Below, piece by piece: positions 11,910 to 24,055 of a stretch of DNA of 64,000 nucleotides (its first letter is position 1; every line of letters begins with the position of its first letter). The stretch is from Felis catus (taxonomy: Eukaryota). A program made the translations under genes and the position numbers. The DNA lies in assembly GCF_018350175.1 (NCBI RefSeq), contig NC_058368.1, positions 193,876,001 to 193,940,000 on the forward strand, written 5' to 3'. The notes beneath the pieces are model-generated. The model searched no databases, was not told the origin of the DNA, and saw only the letters and a program-made list of their open reading frames with translations.

Positions 11910-14369
11910 ATGAATGATCATTTTAGACTTGAAACATGTGCTTGTGTATTTCTTCCTACCTGGACTAAATGCCCCTATATTCTCTACCTTGTCAAAGTAT
12001 ACTCCTCCTTAAAAAGCCCTACCCACCTCCTGCCTTTAACTTTCTCTGATACTTGCTGTCTGAACAGTGTGTCACATGTCCTTGTGAGTCATGTGACCAT
12101 ACGTGTGTGTCTGTGTAGTCATCCCCTCCAATCTGTGAGCAATGCAAGGGAGGGGCCATGCCTATAAATTAGATCATTAACTCTTAAGTTTTCTTCTGCA
12201 CTGAGCGAAGGAATACATGTATGAGTAAGTAAGTGACATTAGGGATAAATGAATAAGCAGAGAAGCCAAAATAAGCAGGCACAATAGAGTCTGGTATGAC
12301 AGCTGGATTGTGTGAGTAGTACTTGTCCTGGCCTAGATTCTGATTGTGTGATTTCTTCCAGTGCTAACCAATGTGTTGTGAGCACACATGAGAGCATAGT
12401 TCACTACTCCTTTACCTGAGGTTCAGCAGTCCTTGTCCTTAAATCTGTTGGTATGGGAGACTTAAATCCTGTGATAAAATATTCCAAGATAGATTTCACA
12501 ACACCAGGATGAAATTAGAGGCATAAAATAATTGAGCTGAAAGGAACTTAAAGTTCACTGAAATTGGAGTCTAGTCTCCTGAATTGACAGAATGTCCACA
12601 TATTCCTGCAATTCCTGTACCCTTCCAGAGTCTCCTCTGGCCAGCTGATCGATACTTGTGCCTCCCACCATCCACACAACTAAACATACTACATATAGTA
12701 CATATTCACCTTGTTTATCGATACCTTCATTAAGATGTAAGCCCATGAGGGTGAGCATTTTTGTTCTGATTTCCTACTTGTTGTGGAAGAACACAATTTT
12801 GCGTCCACTTACAAATTCATTTACATTTAATTCCTAAATGTACCTTCTACCTTTGAACTGTTTTAACATCTGCCTGGTTCTTCCTTACTGAGTTAAACAA
12901 AGTCCTGTGCTCATTTTGTATCTGCATGGAAGTCCTTCTTTTTACCTTTTTTTGGAAAATTATTTATTAAAAGTTCACTGCTGTATCTTCACAGTTGGAT
13001 AGGACTTTCCACATAGTAGACACTGAATAAGTTGTTTGTAAAATACATGAATAATTTTAATCAGCAACTTTGACTGGGGATGCACATTGGTCCCAGGTGG
13101 CTTTAGGGCTGATTTGGGGCCCACTGTCAAATTCAGGTGTTCCTCTGGCCATGCTCTTTGAAACCTCTTTTCCTACTTGGCAGTGTGACGTGCCATTAGC
13201 GTCTAGGAAGAGAATCTCCTTCTTTGTCAATGGTCCGAACTCCCAGTTACACACATGTAAACCTTGCATCAAGATATCAACCAGTAAAATACTAATGTTA
13301 TAACCTTCAAGGAGTTTTATATTTTTCACCATGATGAAATAAATTACATGGACTTTTTTAGATTATTCAGCACTTACCATCCACAATTTGAAGCTTATAA
13401 CAGAAGGTAGAATTATTTCTGGACTTGACCAACCACTGCTAGAGAATGTTTTTGGTAAATTTTACACCCTCACTGGAGCAGCATTTTACAAAGGGACTTT
13501 GGTTTTATTTTTATTCTTTAAATCTCAACAGTCTTGTGAGGTATATGGTATCCACCCCATTTTATAGATGAGAGAAATAATCCTGGAGGATAAATCATTT
13601 TCCCAAGGTGGTATGACTAGAATCTGAATCTTGAAATTTATATTTGTGCACATGACCAGCATGTGACAAGCTTGAGTTCTCTAATTTCTTGCCCAGAAAT
13701 GTCCGAGGCTCTTTTATGATGGTCTAAAGTACTTTGGTGATCTTGCCACAGACTTTCAGTATGGTGCTTTTGGAACAGTAGAATTAAAGAACAGAATTTT
13801 GATCAAAGGCATGCTTTGATACTATAAACTTAGAGAGCAGATATTGAGAAATTTTCCGAGTGTAACCAAAGGACTAAAAAGTTATGTAGTTCTTCAAACA
13901 TGAATTTCAAAGAGATGTCCTCAAGCAATTCAGTAACATTTTTTTCTTTATTTTTGAGCATGTTAATAAATCTATGTTTTCTCTCACCTCCCACCTTTAC
14001 ATGATCCTAGAATTCCACCATAATGGGCATGACTCTTGTCTGTTTCATTGCATGCAAAACAGTGTGCTGCATGTGGTCATTCAGTTCTTCCAAACTGTAG
14101 AATTCTACATAACTAAATGTTAATAGGGATTCCTGTTTCCAGGAGGATAGAAATAATTTTACCTGTCCTTCCCAGTAAGTACAATAGAAATGCCTGAGCA
14201 TTATATATAAAGCAAACATAAGACTGTGAGAGGTACAGAGAAGCAGGCAGACCAGCCAGAGAGCCCCCTCAACAAATTGTGTTGGAGCAACAGGATATCC
14301 ATAGCACCCCCCACCCAAATTGCCCTAGTGTCACATGTTCTACACACGTTAACTCAATGGATTATGAAA

Positions 14370-15720
14370 TCAATTGTAATATGTAAAACTATGAAACTTT
14401 TAGAAGTTTCAGTATTTAGGGCTAGGCGAACACGTTCTCAGACTTCACACCGGAAAGGTAATCCCTAAAAGGAAAAGGTGATAAATTAGACTTGGTTGAC
14501 ATTAAAGATTTTGCCCTTTGAAAGACTGTTAAGAGGATGGAATTAAACTACAGATGGGGAGAAAATATTTCTGAACCATATACCAACATGCAACTAGTCT
14601 CTAGAATATTTAAAAAAACCTCTTAAAACTCAACACATAAAAGCAAACAATTTAATTAGACAATGGGAAAAAGATGAAGAAACTTGTCACCAAAAGGAGA
14701 ATACAAATGGCAAAGAAGCCCGTGAAAAGATGTTTAACGTCATGAGCTTTAAGGGAAATGAAAATTAAAATCACAAGATACTACCACACACTTATAAGAA
14801 AGGCAAAAGAGAAAATGGTGTTAAGGACATGGAGACATCGGATCACTCATACATTTCTGGTGGGGATAAGTAGTATAGCTACTCTGGAAAACAGTTTAAC
14901 AGGGTTTTGGGTTTTTAATAATTGTCTAACTTCTGTATGATCCAGCAATTACACTCTTGGGCAGTATCTCAGAGAAATAAAAACATGTTCATACAAAACC
15001 CCTTACACACATGTTTATTGCAGCTTTATTCATAGAAACCCCAAACTAGAAACAACCCAGAGTCAGTGGGTAAATAGTTAAACTATGGCATATACATATC
15101 ATGGAATACTACTCAACAATGAAAAGGAGAAAATTATTGATACATGCCACAATCTGGATGAATCTACAGAAATGTATGAAGTGGGGGAAAAAATAATCCC
15201 AAGCGGTCACATATTATATGGTTCCTTATATAACATTATTTTTTAAATATTTTAAATGTTTATTTTTGAGAGAGAGTACAAGTAGGAGAGGGGCACAGAG
15301 AGGGGGAGACACAGAATCCGAAGCAGGCTCCAGGCTCTGAGCTGTCAGCACAGAGCCCAACACGGGGCTCGAACTCACAAGCCGTGAGATCATGATCTGA
15401 GCTGAGGTTGGGCGCTTAACCAACGGAGCCACCCAGGAGCCTAAATTTTTAGAAATAGAGCACAGAAGATTGGTGGCCAAGGCTTCAGGATAGGTAGGAG
15501 TGGCGAGGGGAGTAAGTATGTCTATAAAAGTGTAACATTAGTGATCTTGTGTTGATCTTCTTGATTATGTCAAGGTCAGCCTCTTAGTTTAGGTATTACC
15601 ATTTTGCAAAATGTTACTGGGGAAAGCTTGATAAAGGGCACATAGAATCTTGATTATTTCTTAAAATGCATGTAACTTAATGATCTAAAAATGTATTGTT
15701 TTATTAAAATGTTTTGAAAC
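14370..15720 (+). mobile_element. L1MC-like LINE-1 3' fragment, interrupted by a CanSINE
   Basis: caaatggcaaagaagcccgtgaaaagatgttta, tgatccagcaattacactcttggg, atggaatactactcaacaatgaaaagg. Confidence 0.88.
15239..15441 (-). mobile_element. CanSINE (SINEC_Fc-type)
   Basis: gagacacagaatccgaagcaggctccaggctctgagctgtcagcacagagcc; tRNA-derived head at the right end. Confidence 0.95.
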
Positions 15721-16099
15721 AAAAAAGGTAATAGGCAGTACCAAATAAAGGGTTCAAAGATCATCAATGTTGGGTAAATGACAGGTTAATCAATAGGTTT
15801 CTGCGTTACAGATCTCCAGAGAGTACTTAGACACCCAATACTATTTGTGTGTCCCCTGGAGGAAGCTATAGTGTGCAGTATTTCCAAAGCATATTCAACT
15901 ATAGTACACTTTATTTACAAATATTATTGATATCTTGTTGAAGCAGCATTCTCAGAAGCATAATCCATTTTTGGGGAATAGTTACAGTGTAACAGCCACC
16001 ATATATTAAGTGTTTTCCTTGTTTCAGGGACCTTTGTAAGTGTGTTTTATATGACAAGCCCATGGACTCCTTAAAAGAACTCTAAGGTGAAGAAACTGG

Positions 16100-16395
16100 A
16101 ACACCAATGTCTGGGTCCTACCCAGGGATTGTGATGTCATAAGTCTGGCATGTGGCTAGAGTATCCGATGTTTCAAAAACCTCACAAACAATCGTAATAT
16201 GAAGCTAAGGTTGAGGTTGAAACCCTAGTGAAAGTCTTTGCTACTCAAAGGGTGATCTGTGGAGTAACAATATTGGCATCACTGGCACTTAAGGGAAATG
16301 CAGACTATCAGGCTCCAGCCCAGACCTAACTGAGTCATAACCTATGTTTTAACACATCCCCTAGGTTATTCATAGATACATTCAAAAGTAGTGGT
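16100..16395. mobile_element. Two adjacent MER5-family hAT MITE fragments
   Basis: gctactcaaagggtgatctgtgg...gaaatgcagactatcaggctccagcccagacctaactgagtca...ttttaacacatcccc. Confidence 0.7.
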
Positions 16396-17619
16396 CAAGT
16401 AATAGTAAAAGTAAAAGATGGGAGGTTGTCACTCAGATGCTCTGACTGTGTAGTACCTATGGTTCTAAAACTGCAAGCACGTGTTTTTTATTAAATGCAC
16501 TGGAAATAATATGTGAGTGTAAAGCAAATATGCTAAGCAGTGCACTACAATGGCATGGAATAGTGACTCCAGTATGAGAACTGATGCTCCTATTTGGTCC
16601 TGAGCTATTGATTCTATTACTGTGTTGGTGCATTTAATGTGGGCACCATGCGTAACAAAGACCCTTAATAGCATGGCAGGTCTGCATGTGTCATTCTGAG
16701 AGCACATGCAGTGGAGAAGGGCCAAGGAAGCTCTGCAAATGAACGATGAGCAGAAGAGGAGAATATATGGGTTGCTACCTAGGACAGGGAATAGCCAGAA
16801 CTCAGCGCAGAGAACCAGTACAGTGGTAATGGTGACCACATCATCATCGGTTGCCCATACCAGCAGGTTGTTCCTGGTTCCTGAAATATCAAGTACAGGC
16901 TGACTGGCATTGCTGTGAAGACCTTTTAGGAGAGTAAGAACTTTTGATGGCCATGGAGTCCTAACTCTGAATCGTTGTGGCAAGCTAAATTAGACGTGGC
17001 CTCTGTCCACCAGGAGCCCATAACCTAAAAGAAATAATTGCTCAATCTCTCCCTGCCGTGCTTCCTCCTTTCTCATCTTCCTAACTGTGTATAGGGAATT
17101 AAAGTAGATATTGAGAAGAAATGGAAATGAATGGGACCATTCCTATGCCTCAGGAACACAAAACCATTAGAGAAGAGTGGTACAAAAAAACATCGTTTAC
17201 GTGCTAGGGTCAAATAAAACAACTAGTAGAGATGGGAATTCTTAGAGAATGCAGAAAGTGGAGTAGTCCATTTAGGACTGTTGCATAGCACAGGAGCGGT
17301 TAGGGCAGGCTTCACACTAGAATGGTTCTTTTGTTAGGACCCTTACTGAGATGGTAGAGGGTTGAAAAGATATTGTCCTGTTGATGGGTGCACCTGACCA
17401 AAGGTGAAGTTGAAGGCAACATCAAACACTGGGGCATTTAAAGAGGTGGGAGACATAATGAGGTTGGGAAGAGTATGGGGGACCACATTGTGGTAGGTTG
17501 TTAAACTACCAACACAGAACTTTGTTCTGTGGGCAATGAGGGTGGGGAGTCTTGATGTCAATGAAAGCCATAATTCTGCATAGTGATGAACCGGGGGGAC
17601 TCGGACATACACTGCCCGG

Positions 17620-18040
17620 GTTGGTATTCCTACTCTGCCACTTGATTGCCACAAGCCACGGAAGAAGGCCCTCACTTCTCAAAGGCTCAGTTTAGTCCAT
17701 TTGTGAAGTAGGGGTAACTCATAGGGCTGCATTAAGGCATTAAAAAATCCATGTAGGGCACCTGGATGGCTCAGTTGGTTAAGTGTCCGACTTCAGCTCA
17801 GGTCATGATCTCATGGTATGGGAGTTTGAGCCCCATGTCGGGCTCTGCTGACAGCTCAGAGCCTGGAACCTGCTTCAGATTCTGTGTCTCCTTCTCTCTC
17901 TGCCCCGCCCTCACTCACACTCTGTCTCTCTACCTCTCAAAAATAAAAACAGAATAAAAAACATTAAAAAACGTTTTTAAAAATTCCATGTAAAGCTCTG
18001 AGCATAGTGCTTGGCAGGTAGTAAGTTCCAGATAAGTACT
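17620..18040 (+). mobile_element. MIR split by a CanSINE insertion
   Basis: ctactctgccacttg...ctcagttt before the SINE; ccatgtaaagctctgagcatagtgcttggcaggtagtaag after it. Confidence 0.75.
17756..17977 (+). mobile_element. CanSINE (SINEC_Fc-type)
   Basis: gggcacctggatggctcagttggttaag head; 15-bp TSD taaaaa(a/t)tccatgta at 17741-17755 and 17978-17992. Confidence 0.96.
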
Positions 18041-18994
18041 TCAGTGATGTGGGAAGATAACCGTGATAGTGGCAAAATACATATGTGGAAATAGAACTTT
18101 CAAGGATGCACAGACTGGGAGGACCTTCATCATTATGACCTTCATCTGGTTCACAATGAATTGTTTTGTGTTCTCCTGTAATATTTGTCTGAAACATCAG
18201 TTGGGCTCCTAAGGGCTCATTGACCATGTTAGAGTGAAGATTTGACTGTAATGGAGTCTATCTTAATATATTAAAGAAACTAAAGATTTGCAACCTTAGC
18301 AATTTTGTCCTATAATCCGCTAGTCCTATAATCACAGTTTACAGAGCAAGCGTATTTAGATGCAAAGGGAGGTTTTTCTTTGTCAGAGAATTAAGTAAAA
18401 ACATATTGAAACTTGGGAGCAGTGAATTGGGACAACACTACTAAAGATTTTACAAGATACTTTTTTTGTGTCAAAGATACTTTTTTGAGTGCTTATGCCT
18501 AGGGATGCCGTTTGCCTTCTGGAAAGAACCTTTCGACCTTGCAGGACTGCATGAAGCACTGAGGTTGTTTTGAGTCCTGCCAGGCTTATTAAATTCCAGA
18601 ATCACTCCTGAGCCCTTGTGATGACCAAATATGATACCCCATTCCTCTGCAACATAAAACACAAGTCTTCAAAGGTCCCTAGAGGGTGGCAGGTGGATAG
18701 ATGCCTAATTGAGACCTATTGTGAGGAAGTGTTGTATGGCTTATTCAGCAAGTAAGGGCTGAAGTTAGCAGCCTGACCTTGAACAAAAAAGTAACTCTTA
18801 CGATGCCTCAGTCTTCTATAAAATAGAAAAAAAAACAAAACAACAAGAAACTATTTAAAATGAATGTATCGGAACCTTACCATGTAGGGAATAAGAAGTT
18901 CACCTGTCTGAAGATTTATCTGAGAATTGTCTCTTTGGCATCTTGTCTGTACATGATGAGGATTCAACAAACAATAATTTTGTTTTTAAAACTA

Positions 18995-19385
18995 CAGTTA
19001 ATCGAATCTAAGATGCTGTGGATCGTAAAATGCACCACTGCTTCATATATATAAGGAAGAAAATAATCTGCCAATTACATGGTGACACACTGCTCTCATT
19101 ATTTAGAATATTCATCTATATCATTACATCTACTTTAGACTTATTTAGAGACATTTTTATCCTGTACTACTTTTGTGCATTTCAAAACAAATGAATAAGC
19201 TATTCCTAAAGCTTGACACTCAGAATTAAACTGTTATGACTCACCTTTAACTCTATCATTACTGGTGCTTTATAATCTCCGTCAGCCAAGCCAGGCTGGT
19301 GGTGTACCAAATTTTTACCACACAAAATCCTCCCCTCTGCCGTTAAGAGCAATTGAGGTGGAGTGTTTTTAAAGCATATGTACCT
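18995..19385 (-). mobile_element. Kanga1/MER104-like Tc2 (Tc-mariner) DNA transposon 3' fragment
   Basis: Terminal atcgaatctaagatgctgtggatcgtaaaatgcacca; minus-strand remnant FK..(frameshift)..SIALNGRGEDFVW resembles the Tc2/pogo transposase C-terminal FKKCxIxNALDGxEDDxxW motif. Confidence 0.7.
19245..19383 (-). other. Candidate internal exon (139 nt) within the Kanga-like element
   Basis: Acceptor ggcttttattcag|G and donor AAG|gtgagt; open frame YICFKN...MIELK. Confidence 0.25.
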
Positions 19386-19814
19386 GAATAAAAGCCGTGC
19401 GTTGTGGTCTCTGAGATGGCTTTGCAACTCTGTAGAGCGGCCCTACTTGCAAGGACCGCTTCAGGAATATAGAGAGAACATCAGTTTACCTCTGCTCCAC
19501 CCCCGCCCACCCCATTTGCTGCCTCCTGGTTCAAACAGTGTCTCCCTCTTGCCTTCAGGATTGTCTTCTAAGCTGCTGACCTCTTGATGTTTCCACATGC
19601 CCAGGCAATGATAACTTTGGGATAGCTCAAGACTGGCTTGGTTGAGGGCAACTATAGAGCCTTATGGATTGCAAATTTCAGGGGTATTAAAGGGTAGAAA
19701 AAGTTGCATTTCTGAATAGATGAAACGTGGAAATAACAATGTACCTTTAGTGAAAGAAAAGGCAGGAATGGAGCCTCCTGCAAATGAGTTTGCTTCCCAG
19801 CTCCCTGTTATGTC

Positions 19815-19945
19815 ATCTACAGACCAACATCTGGGAACTTGCTGCAAATGCAGGCTCTCTGTCACCACCCAGGATTTACTAAATTAGAATCTGAATTTTA
19901 ACGAGATCTCCAACTGATTGGCACATTACAGTTAAGACCTACTGG
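19815..19945. mobile_element. MER5A-like MITE
   Basis: catctgggaacttgctgcaaatgcaggctctc...tactaaattagaatctgaattttaacgagatc. Confidence 0.75.
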
Positions 19946-20362
19946 TCTTTACGTGTTACATTAAATGTGTTGCTTGACTGGTCTGCTTGCTTTGGGTTTC
20001 TCTGTCTGCACACTCTAATTCAGGTCACATCTAAGAACCTTGCTGGAATATCTTCTGTTGGTTACAAAAACTGAGATGTTATCACATTCATCCTCTCCAC
20101 CTGTCTCAGCACACTTAATGGGGACAAGCAGAAGGCACTGCTTTCGCAAAAGGTCACCCACAGCTATATCCTTTCCTAGAAGAGACAAGGCCAGCAGGAG
20201 AGGCAGTTTCTTAACTGCCTGAATCAGACTTTTTTTTTTTTTTTTACCAGCATTTACAAACCTATTCCACACATACATCCTAAAGAGTCTGGGCTCCTAA
20301 ACTGCTTTCCTAGTTTAGTGTTTACATCTCAACAGCTGGGTGGCTTTTTAAAATTGAAGGTT

Positions 20363-20566
20363 GGGGGGGCCTGGGTGGCTCTGTAGGTTAAACGTCAGAG
20401 GCTTGACCTCAGCTCAAGTCAGGAGTCATGTTCTCAAGTTTCGAGAGTTCGAGCCCTGTGTCATCAAGGGGGAGCCTGCTTGGGATTCTGTCTCTCCCTC
20501 TCTGACCCTCCCCTGCTTTCTCATGCTCTCTCTTTCTCAAAAGTAAATAAACATAAAAAAATAAAG
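20363..20566 (+). mobile_element. CanSINE
   Basis: Head gcctgggtggctc, CT-rich body; exact 13-bp TSD taaaattgaaggt at 20349-20361 and 20567-20579. Confidence 0.93.
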
Positions 20567-20833
20567 TAAAATTGAAGGTGGGGAAGGAGTAGCTCAGAAG
20601 AGGGAAGAACAAAGCGTAAAGGCCTCATTCCAGAAACGGTGTGTGTCTCTCTACCTCATTTAGCGCCCAGTTTGGAAACTCACTCTGTGCCTTGAAAATA
20701 GGCCATGGCCTCTCCTTCTGCTTCTCTCTCTACCTCAAGGCCAGTTTTCAACTGTGTTAGTAGAATCAGAGGACTCACACTTTTATTTTGCAAATATAAA
20801 GTGTCAGCTCATATGGCCCACTTAAAGCCTTAC

Positions 20834-20882
20834 CTCGGGGTGCTTCTGCAGGCTAAATATGTTCCTTCTTGATCCCTCTGGC
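20834..20882 (-). other. Candidate internal exon (49 nt)
   Basis: Strong acceptor ctcttccccgccccttcttag|G and donor GAG|gtaagg. Confidence 0.28.
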
Positions 20883-21697
20883 CTAAGAAGGGGCGGGGAA
20901 GAGTGGTATTTGGGAACAGGGCACAGAGCTTCAGCTTCTGGGTTTCCCTAGGAGTTGCGTGATCTAAAAAGCTGATTGTAACCTGTTGGTTTTGCGAAGC
21001 TATTTCTAGCATTATCAACTTTTATTTTTCTAGAAAACAATTCTCTCTGATATTTCCACTGGAATCACTTTTTTCTCTGATAGTTGCCATACAGAATCTT
21101 AGTCCCTTATGCTTTTGTTCAGTCTTTTCATTTATTTTTAAGTACTTATTGTGTGCCAGGTATTGGGGAATTGGAGAGAAGGACACCAAATCTGTCTTGC
21201 CCCATGGGAGCTACTAGTCAGATAAGATAGACAAAGGAGGGAGTTCTTAGGAGAAACTGGTAGCATGCTTTGATAAACTTTGGGCTTCTAAGTTTAGAAA
21301 GATCACAAGAATACCCTATATAGATTTAAAAATGGAAGAATACTGGTTTAAACATTATGAATAGACTTTTTTTTTAGAAGTCATGATGAATGTTTTCGTT
21401 CATCTTGTTAAATGTGCAGTCTCTTTCAGAATGTGTGCCTCTGGGTAAGCAGTCTCTCTTCAGACCCCATCCCTTACAACAGGCCAAGGAATAGAATCCT
21501 CCCCTCTACCTCACTCCTGGATGGCAGCAAAAGCTTCCCAGGGGAAATGATCCCCCTGAGGAAGGATGGTGTGCACTTGCTACCGAAGCTGGGTCACAGG
21601 CGAAGGGAGAAGGGCAACCGTGAGAGGGAAGGAACAGCGTTCACAGCTCTTAAAACTGCCATTAGCAGCCCTCGAGAGTCTTTTAATACACCGGCAA

Positions 21698-22141
21698 GTG
21701 CAGTTGTTTCTTACAGCTATGGTAGCCAACTAGCACAAACTGGGTGGCCTAAAACAGAAATGTACACTCTTACAGTTCTGGAAGCTAGAAATCCAAGATC
21801 TTGCTCACTCTCCTGGGTGTCTGGTCATTGTTGCCAATCCTTGGCATTCCTTGGCTTCGAGTTCATAACCTCCACATCTCTGCCCATGGTCACATGGTCA
21901 TCTTTCTTCAGCCTATCCATGTCTTTCCCGTGGTGGTCTCTTCTGTGTGTCTCTGTGTCTTGTCGTCTTAATAAGGACACAAGTTATACTGGATTCAGGG
22001 CCCATCGTCCTCCAGTATGACCTCATCTTGCACCTTACTTACATCTGCAAGGACCCAATTTCCAAACAAGGTCATGTTCACAGGTTCCAGGGTTTAGGAT
22101 TTCACTATCTCTTTTGGGGGGGACACTTTTTAACTTACAAC
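21698..22141 (-). mobile_element. MLT1C-like MaLR solo LTR
   Basis: cacaaactgggtggcctaaaacagaaat...acagttctggaagctagaaatccaa; taaggacac...ggattcagggccca...tgacctcatctt...catctgcaaggacc. Confidence 0.88.
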
Positions 22142-22619
22142 GACAAGCTTCTGCCTACTACATCAGTAGTTCTGCTATGAGTTCAAAGATGGGCTGAGTA
22201 TTAGCTATAAGATTAATATCTTAAGAGAAGCAGAAGAAAGTGATCTGAGAGTTCAAACACTTGGGCCCATGGATGGAGAGAATGGGAACAATAAAAGGTC
22301 AAAGAGATGCTCTTAGCAGAATTTAAGTAGGATTTTAAAGGAGATAGGAATTTTGATTCTTTTCCTTCCCTCTGCTTCATGTGCTTTGGCTACAAGGTGA
22401 AGAGCCTTATCCACCTTTACAACAATGTTTTGGAATAATATCTTACAGAATAATTACTATCGTATTAGGTACAATACTAAATGCTTTATGGCAACTAATA
22501 TCCCTATTTTTAAGATATGGAAATATCTACCCTTTATCTCTTTAATTCTACTATTTAACTCTTTATCTTACATGGTAAAGTCATTCGCACCAGCATTTTT
22601 AGGCTCCCAAGTTTAGTTG

Positions 22620-22840
22620 TTAAGAAAGGCTTTGGTTGAAATCTAGATTCTGCCACTTACTGCCAACTATAGTCTTGAAAATTTATGTAACTTGTCTGAG
22701 ATTCAGTTTCTTGTTATATATGCTGTCAGTAACCATAGTAGTAGCCACCTGATAAGGTATTTAAGAAAACAGAATGAGATGCTGCATTGTAAGCATTTAA
22801 GTGATGCCAAGAATGCAATGAGTAGTTGCTAAGTGATAGC
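22620..22840 (+). mobile_element. MIR SINE
   Basis: ttctgccacttactg...tctgagattcagtttc...gtaagcatttaag. Confidence 0.7.
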
Positions 22841-23500
22841 TCATTTTCTCTGGTCCTTCAGAGGAAGGTGGGACCTTAAGAGTCACCTACTTTGACTTCC
22901 TCATTCTTTAGTTCTCTGAGTAGGAAAGGGCTCTTCAAGATCACAGAGCAGCCAGTGGTGAGTGAATCAAGGCTATACATAGTCAATGTCATGCATGGTG
23001 GAAATTATGTTATGAGTGTAATATTTATCTCCTTTTGAATTTTATGTGTGTCTGTATATAAATGGGAGGGTTGAATTGGAGCTTTTGTTGTCAATTGACT
23101 TCAAATTGTAACCAAGAGAAGTGATTGATTTTCTTTTGTCTGATTCTAGTCTCTAAAAATGAATGAATGTTAGTAATTAGGAGGGAATAAGCCACGAAGA
23201 AGCCATGAGCTTAGATGTAGGGTCAAAAACTTTTAGATCAACTTGTTTGACAAGCCATAGGTCTATTGAGGACAGTTGAGAATTTTGCAACAATGCGACT
23301 TTCAGAGGCCAATACTGATAATACTTAGATTTGGATGGGACTTAGCACTCTATCCACAGATTATATATTATTTTAGTTAAGATACTGGATTAGATTGTTC
23401 CCAAGTTTTTGGATTGCAAGAGTGAAATTTCAAAAATGAAGAGAAAGGAAATCCCTGACATGGAATCATCCAATATTTTCCCCCTTAATAAAAAGTTTTA

Positions 23501-23695
23501 GGGGCGCCTGGGTGGCGCAGTCGGTTAAGCGTCCGACTTCAGCCAGGTCACGATCTCGCGGTCCGTGAGTTCGAGCCCCGCGTCAGGCTCTGGGCTGATG
23601 GCTCAGAGCCTGGAGCCTGTTTCCGATTCTGTGTCTCCCTCTCTCTCTCTGCCCCTCCCCCGTTCATGCTCTGTCCCTCTCTGTCCCAAAAATAA

Positions 23696-23729
<34 letters not shown>
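23501..23729 (+). mobile_element. Very young felid CanSINE (SINEC_Fc)
   Basis: Intact A box (tggcgcagtcgg) and B box (gagttcgagcc), 14 CpGs retained, pure A32 tail; TSD aaaaagttttag at 23490-23501 and 23725-23736. Confidence 0.98.
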
Positions 23730-23733
<4 letters not shown>

Positions 23734-23847
23734 TAGTAACTAAAACAAAACCTAATACCATCTACAATCACTATGAATTTTATAAGATGAAGGCTATTTT
23801 AACACACCAAATACAGGAAGTATGTGATCTCAAAATGAAGGATACTA

Positions 23848-24055
23848 GGGGTCCCTGGGTGGCTCAGTCGGTTGAGTTACGGACTCTTGATTTTGGCTCA
23901 GGTCATGATCACAGGGTTGTGGGATTGAGGCTCATGACCTCATGTTGGGAACCATGCTTATCATGGAGCCTGCTTGGGATTCTCTCTGTCTCTCTCTCTG
24001 CCCTTCTCCCCAACTTGCTCACTTTCTCTCTCTCTCTCAAAAAAACAAAAAAAAA
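23848..24055 (+). mobile_element. Older CanSINE
   Basis: ggggtccctgggtggctcagtcggttgag...ctcaggtcatgatc...ggagcctgcttgggattct. Confidence 0.92.

Noticed and set aside
21412..22020. 202-aa ORF
   Set aside because: Second half lies in an antisense MLT1C LTR; no homology recognised.
23501..23590. tRNA-like sequence with A and B boxes
   Set aside because: It is the tRNA-derived head of a CanSINE, not a tRNA gene; the same applies to the other SINE heads.
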